64,000 nt of DNA from a virus (IMGVR_UViG_3300026521_000527:32001-96000), one strand, 5' to 3'. Positions 20,422 through 29,712 are shown, counted from the stretch's first letter. The notes: generated by a model from the letters alone, not told the origin. A program made the numbers and translations.

Positions 20422-21222
20422 TTAATTCTTTATATCGTGTTCCCAAACCAACTTAAAGTTTTCTTTATCAATATGTATTTTATTTATCAAATCACTGAGT
20501 TCAATTAAATAATCTTCTATTTTATTTGATTGAGGTCTTGAATTAGATATTAAATAACATTCAAAATACGGATCATCTGAATTTGGAATAATTAAAAATA
20601 TTTTCCAGAGCGCTGATGGAATATTTACCCGAACTTTATTTTTAATAAACTTATCACTTCTCAAGACTCCGGTAACTACATAAATTTTTTTATTAATTAA
20701 GGCGAGTTTTCTTTCGTATTTTTCAAGCTTTGACCACAATCCTCTATTTAAATTCTCTTCTTGTGGGACACATGCGTTTATTACATAAACCTCATCTGCT
20801 GCCTCAATATTTATATCAACACTACTTGATGCCGGCAAATGTCCAGCATCAAAACCATCATAAGAATATTCTTTGTATGATGGTCTATACTCCCTCGGAA
20901 TTCTTTTATCAGTTCTTAGATACTGTCTTTTATATTTCTCAACCAAAATGTCCGCTGAATCTAATGAATAAATCACAAAATCAGGCGTGTTGTAATAATA
21001 ATTATAACACTCCTGATATTTTATATTTATTAAAACTTGATTACAATCGTCTTTTATATAAAATCCAGTTGGTTTATGGGGAGCCAAATAAGACTCAACT
21101 TGATCGGGAACTTTTAAAGTATCTGCCCACCCAAATACAGAATTCAAAAATATTAGCAAAAAAAATAATTTAATCTTGGCTCGAGCCAAGATTAAATTAT
21201 TAAACTTCATGAATTTAAACAT
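20422..21222 (-). CDS. DNA/RNA non-specific endonuclease (NucA/Endonuclease_NS family) with signal-peptide-like N-terminus
   Basis: FDAGHLPAS (DRGH-like), PQEENLNRGLWSKLE, IYVVTG, IPSALWK; N-terminal KIKLFFLLIFLNSVFGWAD. Confidence 0.85.
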   Translation of the reverse strand: MFKFMKFNNLILARAKIKLFFLLIFLNSVFGWADTLKVPDQVESYLAPHKPTGFYIKDDCNQVLINIKYQECYNYYYNTPDFVIYSLDSADILVEKYKRQYLRTDKRIPREYRPSYKEYSYDGFDAGHLPASSSVDINIEAADEVYVINACVPQEENLNRGLWSKLEKYERKLALINKKIYVVTGVLRSDKFIKNKVRVNIPSALWKIFLIIPNSDDPYFECYLISNSRPQSNKIEDYLIELSDLINKIHIDKENFKLVWEHDIKN

Positions 21223-21238
21223 TATTTATCCAACCTTT

Positions 21239-23155
21239 TTATTTTTTAATAATTCCAATTCCAAGACAATGGGGACATTCCTGAATACCAATATCCTCCT
21301 GTAAACCATAAACTTTTGATTCAAACAATCTAACTGAATTTTGTGCTGTGTCCTTTAATTGATATAATATTTTATAATTCAGAATTGTATTTATATTATT
21401 GAGTATTTTATCTTTCGAATTAAATATCTCAAAAGAGTTCCGAAGAACTCTTTTCTCTTTTAATAAATTTCGGAATAATTTTATTAAAAGAATATTTCTC
21501 TGAATTGAGTTCTTTTGAACTCTTTTATTGTAAATTTTTATATTTATATTAGTATTGATATAAAAGTTAAGAATCCAATAATTATAAATTAATTTCTGTC
21601 TAAGTTGATTCTTTTTAATGTTGTGGTCTATTTTATCGATGCTGTTTTGATATACTCTTATCGAAGTCGATAATATCAAATGCCATAAAAGATAATTAAT
21701 TTTATTTAATATCTTTTCAGTTCTTTGGGACTCAAATAATTTATTTCTTTCAATATCTAGAATAGAATTACTATCTTGAAATTCTCTTATTAGATAATAA
21801 CTCTTTAATATTTTTAGCTTTTTAATTTCTAGTTGAGTTTGAGTTATTTTTGACTCAATTAAAATAATTTCTTCTTGAAATTGCTTATGTTTTTGATTCA
21901 TATCAATTAATGAATCTTTTATCTGGGCGACAGCCAGTGCAATATTTTCAGTATTGAATAAAAAAGAAAATATTTTTTCAGAATCAGTTGTTTTGGAACC
22001 TATTAAAAATAAACCATCGTATTGATTAGTATATGCAATTCTTTCTGTCTGTTCTTTTAACGCTCCTTTAAAATTTTTATATAGGTTTTTTACATCAATA
22101 TATTTGAAACCTATTTCTTCAACTGCTTCTTTTAATTTATCTGCGGCAAGATTTTTACCATAATAAGCTTCACCGTTGATAATAAATTGAACTTTTTTTC
22201 CTTTATAAAGTAATCCAATTTCTTTATGTTCTTTACCTTGCTCCTCTTCTTCTAATGTTGGTATATACCCAAAAGTAATTTCAGTTTCTAGATTTCGACC
22301 ACCTGGATTTAATCGAGGATAGTTATTAACATTAAAATTATTAAAAAGAATAGATTCAATTGCACGAAGCGAAGCACTTTTACCACTATTATTAGGCCCT
22401 CTGATAACAGTAAACCCACTATATACAAAATGTTGTTGTTTTATACTTTGAAAATTTTTGATACTGTTATAAAAGAATCCACTTTCTGGGAGTTCACCTT
22501 CTTGATTAACTATTTCTAAAGTAGGTATTCCATCTTTATCTGGAGTTGCTTGAACTTCATAAACAAGATGTGCATCAAAATCCAACTCTTCAGTTTGTGA
22601 GACAACAACTAAAGTGAATCCATAGGTATCACAAAATTTTCTAAGAAAACTACTCAATCTAATTCTATATTGTGGACTAACTTGACTGAGACTTTCATCA
22701 AAAATATAGAATTTATTTTGGCTGTATAAATAGCCTATTAGTATTTTGAAAAATAAACTTGCGATTGAAAGCACTCCACCACCATTACTCGCAGTTAGCT
22801 CATCGTTTTTTGCAATCTCAATCCCATTCTGATAAAAAATTATATCGTACTTTTGGGTTCCAGAAGCACTCTTTCCTCTTTGAATTCTGGGTTTTATATC
22901 TAATTTATAGTCAGCTTCGAAAACATCAACTAGAGCTGAATTTACAACTTTAAGAATAAAATCTTTCCTTTTTTCAAGCTTATGATTTTTTAATAATTCA
23001 AGAAGTACTTTTGCTTCAGTATGATGTTTAATTCTAACTTCGAGTGCTGCAGCACTCGAAGTTAGATTATTTTTTTCATGTTCAAGATGAATTAAATTAT
23101 CCTCTTGAACTCTGAGTTTAATATGAGTCTCATTGTAATTTGAAGTCAAATCCAT
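21239..23155 (-). CDS. sbcC: SbcC/Rad50-like ABC ATPase, circularly permuted
   Basis: Order seen: coiled coil, signature SNGGG (~aa123), Walker B FYIFDE (~aa149), VVVSQ, then IKNFQS and Walker A GPNNSGKS (~aa253), Q-loop, coiled coil, and C-terminal CPHC hook; adjacent to sbcD. Confidence 0.85.
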   Translation of the reverse strand: MDLTSNYNETHIKLRVQEDNLIHLEHEKNNLTSSAAALEVRIKHHTEAKVLLELLKNHKLEKRKDFILKVVNSALVDVFEADYKLDIKPRIQRGKSASGTQKYDIIFYQNGIEIAKNDELTASNGGGVLSIASLFFKILIGYLYSQNKFYIFDESLSQVSPQYRIRLSSFLRKFCDTYGFTLVVVSQTEELDFDAHLVYEVQATPDKDGIPTLEIVNQEGELPESGFFYNSIKNFQSIKQQHFVYSGFTVIRGPNNSGKSASLRAIESILFNNFNVNNYPRLNPGGRNLETEITFGYIPTLEEEEQGKEHKEIGLLYKGKKVQFIINGEAYYGKNLAADKLKEAVEEIGFKYIDVKNLYKNFKGALKEQTERIAYTNQYDGLFLIGSKTTDSEKIFSFLFNTENIALAVAQIKDSLIDMNQKHKQFQEEIILIESKITQTQLEIKKLKILKSYYLIREFQDSNSILDIERNKLFESQRTEKILNKINYLLWHLILSTSIRVYQNSIDKIDHNIKKNQLRQKLIYNYWILNFYINTNINIKIYNKRVQKNSIQRNILLIKLFRNLLKEKRVLRNSFEIFNSKDKILNNINTILNYKILYQLKDTAQNSVRLFESKVYGLQEDIGIQECPHCLGIGIIKK

Positions 23156-23469
23156 TACTTATTTTCCTTTAAAATATTCAAAGATAGATAAGTTTGGCAG
23201 GTAATTGCTTCTTTTAATGTACTAAAATCAAAAGTAATTAACTCCATTTTATCAGTTACATGAAATCTCAATTTCTTAATACTTATATCAGTCAGTAAAC
23301 TAACTGACCATAAATCTGGATGTTCTTTTCGTAATCCAATCATCTCAATATAATTTGACTGTAAATTTATACTAACACCAGAAGGAAATGTTACAAAAAT
23401 ATCTTCCTTTTCATTACCCTTACCAAGACCTCGACTGAAAATATAATCCCCAACATGCAATTCTTTCAT
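23155..23469 (-). CDS. Hypothetical protein between sbcD and sbcC
   Basis: 104 aa, overlaps both neighbours. Confidence 0.7.
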   Translation of the reverse strand: MKELHVGDYIFSRGLGKGNEKEDIFVTFPSGVSINLQSNYIEMIGLRKEHPDLWSVSLLTDISIKKLRFHVTDKMELITFDFSTLKEAITCQTYLSLNILKENK

Positions 23470-24521
23470 TCTAAATACTCCTTAGCTATCTGTAAAGCTT
23501 CATTTGAAATATTATGCTGATGCATAAATTTTTCTAATGTACTTAAATCATCTACTTCTACAAGATCCTCATCTAATGTAACTTCTTCAAAAAATTTAAA
23601 TTCTGTTTTTCCAATTTCTTGTAATAAGTTTATAACATCAATATTAAAAGCTTCACTGAATGGTTTAACTTTTAAAGGAATTGTTTTTGATAGTACTTGA
23701 AAATCATCAGAAGAATCTTCTGGTGCCTCCGATATACTAAAAACACAAAATTCTGGAATATGTTCATCCATTTTTGCAGCATAGTCTCGTGCAACTCTTG
23801 TTAAATTCCAAGGGTTGCAAAAAATAGTTCCTGATGTTTCAAATATAGATCCAAGTTGTGACTGAATATGATAATGTCCACAATTAAATAAATCTACATT
23901 GTATTGTGATAACTCCCCATAAGTGAAATCAGTTAATCTTTCAATATCCGAAGTTATATTTGAGTGTAATGTAACTACTTTAAAAGTTTTTTTATCAGGG
24001 ATAAAATCCATCTCAATTGATTTTAGCTGATTAATTATTTTTGATTTATCCTCACTGTAATCAATACCATAGAAAATTATATTTTTTCCCAAGGCAATAT
24101 CAAATACTTTTTTATTTCCTGCACCGATATATGTAATTAACCCACTTTCCACACAATCTTCAAAAAATGTTTCCTTGATAGTCTCATGACCGTCGAAATA
24201 ATCATGATTTCCTAAAATGGAAAATACTTCTATGCCTGCGTCATTAAACTTACGAAGACGTTTTTTATTCTGGAGCCCTTGGCTTAAACTCCAGTCTTTC
24301 TTTCGCGATTTCTCAAATATATCACCCGTAAATATAATTTTATTAATATTATTTTCCAGACAATAATTTATAATCTGATCAATTTTATCATCGATATCGA
24401 TTTCCCATTTTGATTTACGGATTCTATTTTTGAAGCCGAACATAAAATGAGGATCTTTAATTACAATGAAATCAAATGTGTCTGATGAGATCATTTGATC
24501 GGATGAATTTTCATAAATCAT
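23466..24521 (-). CDS. sbcD: SbcD/Mre11-like metallophosphoesterase nuclease
   Basis: DPH, GDIFE, GNHD, LHS and GHYH metallophosphoesterase motifs in order. Confidence 0.9.
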   Translation of the reverse strand: MIYENSSDQMISSDTFDFIVIKDPHFMFGFKNRIRKSKWEIDIDDKIDQIINYCLENNINKIIFTGDIFEKSRKKDWSLSQGLQNKKRLRKFNDAGIEVFSILGNHDYFDGHETIKETFFEDCVESGLITYIGAGNKKVFDIALGKNIIFYGIDYSEDKSKIINQLKSIEMDFIPDKKTFKVVTLHSNITSDIERLTDFTYGELSQYNVDLFNCGHYHIQSQLGSIFETSGTIFCNPWNLTRVARDYAAKMDEHIPEFCVFSISEAPEDSSDDFQVLSKTIPLKVKPFSEAFNIDVINLLQEIGKTEFKFFEEVTLDEDLVEVDDLSTLEKFMHQHNISNEALQIAKEYLE

Positions 24522-24607
24522 AGTTTTCCTTTTGAATTCAATAGCAGTAATCTGCTTATGTTATAGTTTATATTATAGTAAAAATAAACTCTAAATAAAA
24601 ACTAAAT

Positions 24608-24636
24608 AAAAAAAAAAGGGGGGGGGCATATGCCCC
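24608..24636 (-). terminator. Intrinsic terminator
   Basis: Minus strand: ggggcatatgcccc(ccccc) followed by ~10 T, directly after the stop of 24636..25346. Confidence 0.7.
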
Positions 24637-25346
24637 TATAAATAAAATTCATCCGATTCTAAGAAACTAAAATTTTGACTTATTAACACATCGTTATCAA
24701 TATCAATAAATTTTTCTAGAATTCTTTTTCTAAAACCTATTCGATTTGATTTATTATTTAGATTCATAATAATTTTTAGAACCTTTTTTCGACAAGTCTT
24801 TTTTTTTATAGGTTTAAAGTACCCATCATGCAAAAGATTATCAAAAACATGTTTATTAAAAACATGAGTTGTTATGCGCTGCCGATAACCCATATGTTTA
24901 ACCATCCAATCACCTTCAGTCCTAAAATATTCCAATTCGACGTCAAAATATAATGCTTTTGAATTAAATAAACGGTCAATGAACTTCTCTATACTACCAT
25001 TATAGTCATATATCTCGGTGTCATAATATAAATTAAAAAGGTACTTATAAAGTATATCTGCCCTAAAGATTATATTATGATTTTCTAAATCACTTACTGT
25101 TTTAAGTTTATGAATTAATGATACCCCATCCTGATAAGCATCATCAAATTCTTCTAGAGTACTTTCAATTTCTTTAATATCATCTTTTGATATTTTACAA
25201 GTAATTTTATATTTTTTATCAATAAAAAAAATTAGATGTGCTCTTGGCAAATAATTCATTAGTTTATGTTTTTTTATGGTTTCCAATAACCCAAATCTTT
25301 CAGCGACCAGTTCAAATAAATTTACTTTAATTTTCATAAGTTTCAT
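24636..25346 (-). CDS. Hypothetical protein
   Basis: 236-aa ORF with SD GGAG. Confidence 0.7.
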   Translation of the reverse strand: MKLMKIKVNLFELVAERFGLLETIKKHKLMNYLPRAHLIFFIDKKYKITCKISKDDIKEIESTLEEFDDAYQDGVSLIHKLKTVSDLENHNIIFRADILYKYLFNLYYDTEIYDYNGSIEKFIDRLFNSKALYFDVELEYFRTEGDWMVKHMGYRQRITTHVFNKHVFDNLLHDGYFKPIKKKTCRKKVLKIIMNLNNKSNRIGFRKRILEKFIDIDNDVLISQNFSFLESDEFYL

Positions 25347-25359
25347 TTTACACTCCAGT

Positions 25360-25386
25360 CGATCGGTGAGGTATCCTCACCGATCG
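25360..25386. repeat. Perfect inverted repeat (12-bp arms, 3-nt loop)
   Basis: cgatcggtgagg-tat-cctcaccgatcg just downstream of the JAB gene. Confidence 0.9.
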
Positions 25387-25394
25387 TTTATTTT

Positions 25395-26843
25395 TTAACC
25401 AAAAAGGGAACCCATTACTTTCCCAAGCCCAGTTAAACCATCATTTTCTGATTTTTTTGCATCAACATCAGTTGCATCAGTTGCATCATATATTTCAATA
25501 GAATCTTTGTCACTTGATATCAAACATGAATTTACTTGATTGATATCATAATCAAGTGTTCTCATTACGGATCTGATCTGTGGATCAGTGTAATGTTTAT
25601 ATTTTAACGCTTTAACGAAAGCTGCAGTATCTTCAGGGGTTGCACTTCCATCCACCCCAAATTTTTTAGGATCTAGTCCCAAAATATTCAGTTGTCTTTT
25701 CGCCTGCTGTTCTTTAAAAACAGGTCGTGTTGTTTGTGACAATTGAGTAGATTCATTGATTCCATCATAGATATCATCATAACCATCATAATCATATCCA
25801 GTATATATATTCCCTTTCCCAACACCACCTGAATATCTTGATGTATAATTGTAAGTTCTAGCCTTTATAAGATTCGGATCCATTATAAGGATCGGTTCAT
25901 ACTCACTGACCGTTAAAAATTCACTCAGTACTCTTTGAAGCTGCCCTTTTACAAAATCAACATCTTGTACTGGACAGTGTTTTGATTCCAGAACTCTAAA
26001 GTCAAAAATATTTTTAGCTTCCTCATTAACACCAGATTCATTGGAATCTGGTGTTCTAAAGAACTCATCGTACATTTTGATAACGGGAACATTTTCATCA
26101 ACCTCAGCGTCTTGTACAATAAAAGTCATTGTAGGCATTTCTGTATATGTACCATCAATACCACCATCTTCAAGTAAATTTACATTAACAACTTGTGTTT
26201 CTGTAACAACTATTTTAGTTGGTGTGTTAGTGCTAGGAATATACATAACACTATCTGTTTGTATTTTATCCTCTGCTACAGCGTTTCTAAAGATCACACC
26301 AGGATTCTCTGCTTTATTATCTCTATCAATTGTACTGAATCCAAAATCACCTGGATGTCTATGAATTGAACCCATCTCAAGTTCACGGGCTTCTAGTTCG
26401 AAGCCCCTTTCGATAAACTCTTCTTTTGGAAAAGCCTCTGCAAATTTTGCAACAAGTTGATCAGAAACAGGAATCAGTTGGTTTGAGATCTCACTAACTT
26501 CATCCAATGAAAAACTTACACTTGCTGTTGTAACTTCTTGAGAGAAGTTAAAGAACACAGTAGGTATTGTAAATACCATTCTTTGTCCTGTTTCCTGATG
26601 TTTAAATATCAGCTGAAGTCCTCTATAATGGACTTGATATTCTGCACCACCAGCTGCTGGTAAACCAAGGTCACGAACTTGGTTTAAAAGTTTTTGACTA
26701 TAAAGTACAACATTTAAAGTACTATTGCTTTTTCTTGTACTCGGTGTTTTTTTAACTCCAAAATAACTACCTACTTTTTTACCTATTCCCCATTTAGCCA
26801 TATTTTTTCCTTTATTTTTTTTTGATTTTTTTCTTTTTGCCAT
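25395..26843 (-). CDS. JAB/JAMM (MPN+) metallopeptidase-domain protein
   Basis: VVLYSQKLL...GGAEYQ (catalytic E) and GSIHRHPGDFGFSTID (HxH-x6-SxxD); Y/G/D-rich linker and helical C-terminal region. Confidence 0.75.
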   Translation of the reverse strand: MAKRKKSKKNKGKNMAKWGIGKKVGSYFGVKKTPSTRKSNSTLNVVLYSQKLLNQVRDLGLPAAGGAEYQVHYRGLQLIFKHQETGQRMVFTIPTVFFNFSQEVTTASVSFSLDEVSEISNQLIPVSDQLVAKFAEAFPKEEFIERGFELEARELEMGSIHRHPGDFGFSTIDRDNKAENPGVIFRNAVAEDKIQTDSVMYIPSTNTPTKIVVTETQVVNVNLLEDGGIDGTYTEMPTMTFIVQDAEVDENVPVIKMYDEFFRTPDSNESGVNEEAKNIFDFRVLESKHCPVQDVDFVKGQLQRVLSEFLTVSEYEPILIMDPNLIKARTYNYTSRYSGGVGKGNIYTGYDYDGYDDIYDGINESTQLSQTTRPVFKEQQAKRQLNILGLDPKKFGVDGSATPEDTAAFVKALKYKHYTDPQIRSVMRTLDYDINQVNSCLISSDKDSIEIYDATDATDVDAKKSENDGLTGLGKVMGSLFG

Positions 26844-26863
26844 TTTTAGAATTCCTCTTTATA

Positions 26864-27946
26864 TTAATCTGCATCAGATATTTGAGGATTTCTGGCCGCA
26901 CTGTATGCACCCCAAATCTCCGCACTAAATTTTTTACAAGCCATTATATATGGATATGTGCTTTTTTTCCAAAGAATATTACCGTAAAACATACTATTTA
27001 GGTTAACATTAGAAAGAGTCAACCATCCACTTCGTGCAGCTTTATTTTCAGAGCCAGTACAAACACTACCAGCACTTCTCAAATAAGACTCATTAATATT
27101 TCCACTCATCATCGGTGAAATATTATAACCAACCTGGTTATCCTTAGTTGGTTTTTCTATATACACCAATCCATAATATGGCGTACTAACGCCATCTGAT
27201 ATCTTTTGGAGCGGGATTAGAAGAGATTCTGGTTGAATACCACTTTGACTTATTTCTCTTATATTTATTTTAAGATTAACATCGTTCACTGATGAAATCT
27301 GAGGTCGTTCGATCATATTCAACATTTGATCTTTATCAACACTCACAGATCGTTCAATAATAGATGGTGACATTATTATATTTGGTGTCAGTTGCAAAAA
27401 CTTTACCAACTCATTAAAATACTCATCAGTTTTTGATTGAAGTGTTTCTGGTGCAATAGCCTCTTTAAAATAATTAACTCCCTGAATTCCATTACGCCAT
27501 TCATATATATGGAGTTTTCCCGTTTTTGGAAGCTCTATGATATTGGCATTATACATAAATGCAATTAAAGGGTGCAGTGGATTAATATTAAAGCCATCTT
27601 CAGTTGTCAGAAGGCAACCATATACTCCTTCATTTTGAGCAAGCTGTTGCAAAAATACTCCGATATCAATTGCATCCGAATTATATTCGATCGTTGTGAT
27701 CGCATCTTTACATGTCGATCTTATTTTATCCCATGATATTTTCGAATCATCATCCACTAATGAAAAAGATGGTAATGTATCACTAGTTATTGATGGTCTA
27801 ATATTCAACGGGATAAAAATATCTCCTTCTTGATTTAGCATCTGATTTCCCTCTTGCACTTCATCTGAAGTATATTTATTGATTGCATCCTGTGTGGACA
27901 TAATCAAAGAATGTGCTAAAATGGTTGTAGGTTGATTAAATTTCAT
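26864..27946 (-). CDS. Prokaryotic E2-like (Prok-E2 family D / PRTRC-B-like) protein
   Basis: C-terminal SPMMSGNI...GSVCTG resembles the P..N...G.VC.G core of prokaryotic E2s; lies between the ThiF and JAB genes. Confidence 0.6.
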   Translation of the reverse strand: MKFNQPTTILAHSLIMSTQDAINKYTSDEVQEGNQMLNQEGDIFIPLNIRPSITSDTLPSFSLVDDDSKISWDKIRSTCKDAITTIEYNSDAIDIGVFLQQLAQNEGVYGCLLTTEDGFNINPLHPLIAFMYNANIIELPKTGKLHIYEWRNGIQGVNYFKEAIAPETLQSKTDEYFNELVKFLQLTPNIIMSPSIIERSVSVDKDQMLNMIERPQISSVNDVNLKINIREISQSGIQPESLLIPLQKISDGVSTPYYGLVYIEKPTKDNQVGYNISPMMSGNINESYLRSAGSVCTGSENKAARSGWLTLSNVNLNSMFYGNILWKKSTYPYIMACKKFSAEIWGAYSAARNPQISDAD

Positions 27947-27955
27947 ATTTTCTCC

Positions 27956-28957
27956 TTATCCTAAAATATCCCACTCATCTTGAGTGCTCAGTTCAACAGC
28001 GTCTGGGTTAGCTTCTAAGTACTCAGCCATATTGAAAGTAAATATGTCAGAGTCATGTTCATAATCCTCACCTGTTCTTATCCTATTTGCCTCTTTTTTA
28101 ATCCAAGCAGCTGTTGCAACTTGAAAATTTAAAAGTAATACTGGGATATCGATACTCCCATAAGTTTCATTACCTAACTCGGTATTAACTACCGGCTGAT
28201 ATGTTAAATCAACTGATGTTCCTCCATGCCCAAAGAACATAAAATTCTTATCTTCAAGAAGCTTTCTGGTCTCAAAATCAGGTGCACCAATCATATTGTA
28301 TCCATTTTGAGCAAATAGATCAATTGCTTTTTGATCAACATACTCATTTTTATTCATTGGGCTAATGTCCTCAACCAACCATTTAAGATTTTTGGTGAGC
28401 ACTAATTTATATATACCACCGATCTCATCATCAATATCCCTAACCGTACTAGCACTTGTCTCCATCACAATATCTTCTCCAATTCGTGGGATATTTGTGA
28501 ACTCCAAGAAGTCCGCCTCCCTAACATGCATTCTATGGAAGATGCCTGGCACTTCTAATTTCATGCACCAGTATTGCAAGTTATAGAAGAAGTTAATCAT
28601 TGCACCGCCCATACCGATAGACAATATTTTATATTTGCTATCTTTTATGACTTTTAAATCATCTCTTGTTGGGACAATATCTAAATCTCTTATAATCTTC
28701 CAAAGCAACTTGTTATTGAAATGTCTAGGATATTTTCCATAGTCCTTTTTAATCTTTAAAAATAATCTAGCTTCCAATTTAGCTAAATTTGGATTCATGA
28801 TATTGAATCCAGATATATCCTGGAATGAGAAATTTTGCGGGTTTGCGTAATAATCAATGACAATTTTATTGTCATCAAACGGTAGAATTGAATTCGGTTT
28901 GTATCTCATTCTGAGATTCTCTTGAATCTCATTTTTAAGATTTATATCTGTGCTCAT
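27956..28957 (-). CDS. ThiF/E1-like adenylyltransferase
   Basis: KILSIGMGGA (GxGG), READFLEFTNIPRIG (D-x-D..E..N..R), IGAPDFETRKLL (Mg-binding D..R); ~100-aa N-terminal extension. Confidence 0.75.
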   Translation of the reverse strand: MSTDINLKNEIQENLRMRYKPNSILPFDDNKIVIDYYANPQNFSFQDISGFNIMNPNLAKLEARLFLKIKKDYGKYPRHFNNKLLWKIIRDLDIVPTRDDLKVIKDSKYKILSIGMGGAMINFFYNLQYWCMKLEVPGIFHRMHVREADFLEFTNIPRIGEDIVMETSASTVRDIDDEIGGIYKLVLTKNLKWLVEDISPMNKNEYVDQKAIDLFAQNGYNMIGAPDFETRKLLEDKNFMFFGHGGTSVDLTYQPVVNTELGNETYGSIDIPVLLLNFQVATAAWIKKEANRIRTGEDYEHDSDIFTFNMAEYLEANPDAVELSTQDEWDILG

Positions 28958-29040
28958 GTTTTTCCTTTAAATTTTTTGATTTCTTACTAGTTTCAATTCC
29001 AATTAAAAATATTTTTTAAGCTTAAAAAATAAAGAAGATT

Positions 29041-29116
29041 GAGGTGGGACGGGGGTGTCCTCTGACACCCCAACTCCGATAGATCTACATTAGATCAAAA
29101 TCGTTATCCCCACCTC
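29041..29116 (-). ncRNA. Candidate structured leader RNA (three-way junction)
   Basis: GC-rich island in AT-rich DNA: outer stem gaggtggg/cccacctc, inner hairpins cgat..gatcta-atg-tagatc..atcg and ggggtgtc-agag-gacacccc; upstream of the E1 gene. Confidence 0.4.
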
Positions 29117-29132
29117 CTACAATCACTTCCAT
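29085..29132 (-). CDS. Putative 15-aa peptide MEVIVGGGDNDFDLM
   Basis: AAGGAG-N5-ATG directly after the stop of 29143..29712; TAG stop; below the ORF track cutoff. Confidence 0.4.
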   Translation of the reverse strand: MEVIVGGGDNDFDLM

Positions 29133-29142
29133 CTTATCTCCT

Positions 29143-29712
29143 TTATAAGCGGATATTTAAGATCCATTTCATTTCTGAAAGACCTTTCAATCCACCTAGA
29201 TTTACTGCACCATAAAGCATATCTAGGACCTTTTTATGACGCAGATTAACTGGCAACATAATCCATTTCTCAAAGGTTTCACGATCATTAAGTTTAAGAT
29301 CGTTATCTTTAAGAACATTCGGCCACAAATCAGTAGCCGAAGTTTTCTCCAAGTCAGTATTGCTTAGAAAATGCAAGTACTTTATACTTGGAAAAAATGG
29401 ATTTTGCTCCTGAAGAACTTCTCTACTATACATGTAGAAACTTATATATTCTTCAGGAGCCAATTTTTTATACACTGGAATAAAGCGTTTAAAGCGATCG
29501 CCAGCTTTAGCTTTAAACGCTTTCGGGAAATGTTTCTTCAGTGTGTAATACTGAAGACCATCTTTCCCGCGATAAATTATCCGAGGTCCTTCTTCGAACT
29601 CTTTATCATATCCCAGGATGACGAATGGTTCCTGCCATCGCTGAACCAGCTTTTTTTTAAGCTGGTAAATATCATCAGCTATGTTCAGGAACCATTCAGG
29701 AATCTTGGCCAA
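29143..29712 (-). CDS. Hypothetical protein (first gene upstream of the E1-E2-JAB cluster)
   Basis: 189-aa ORF, SD AAGGAG, downstream of the candidate promoter at 29776. Confidence 0.75.
   Translation of the reverse strand: MAKIPEWFLNIADDIYQLKKKLVQRWQEPFVILGYDKEFEEGPRIIYRGKDGLQYYTLKKHFPKAFKAKAGDRFKRFIPVYKKLAPEEYISFYMYSREVLQEQNPFFPSIKYLHFLSNTDLEKTSATDLWPNVLKDNDLKLNDRETFEKWIMLPVNLRHKKVLDMLYGAVNLGGLKGLSEMKWILNIRL

Noticed and set aside
24618-24626. Phase-variable poly-G tract (G9)
   Set aside because: Intergenic and part of a terminator stem; it does not control a reading frame.
29041-29116. tRNA or known riboswitch (e.g. preQ1) in the structured leader
   Set aside because: tRNA-like length, but no TTC T-loop, D-loop GG or anticodon arm; no preQ1 A-rich tail or hammerhead core on either strand.
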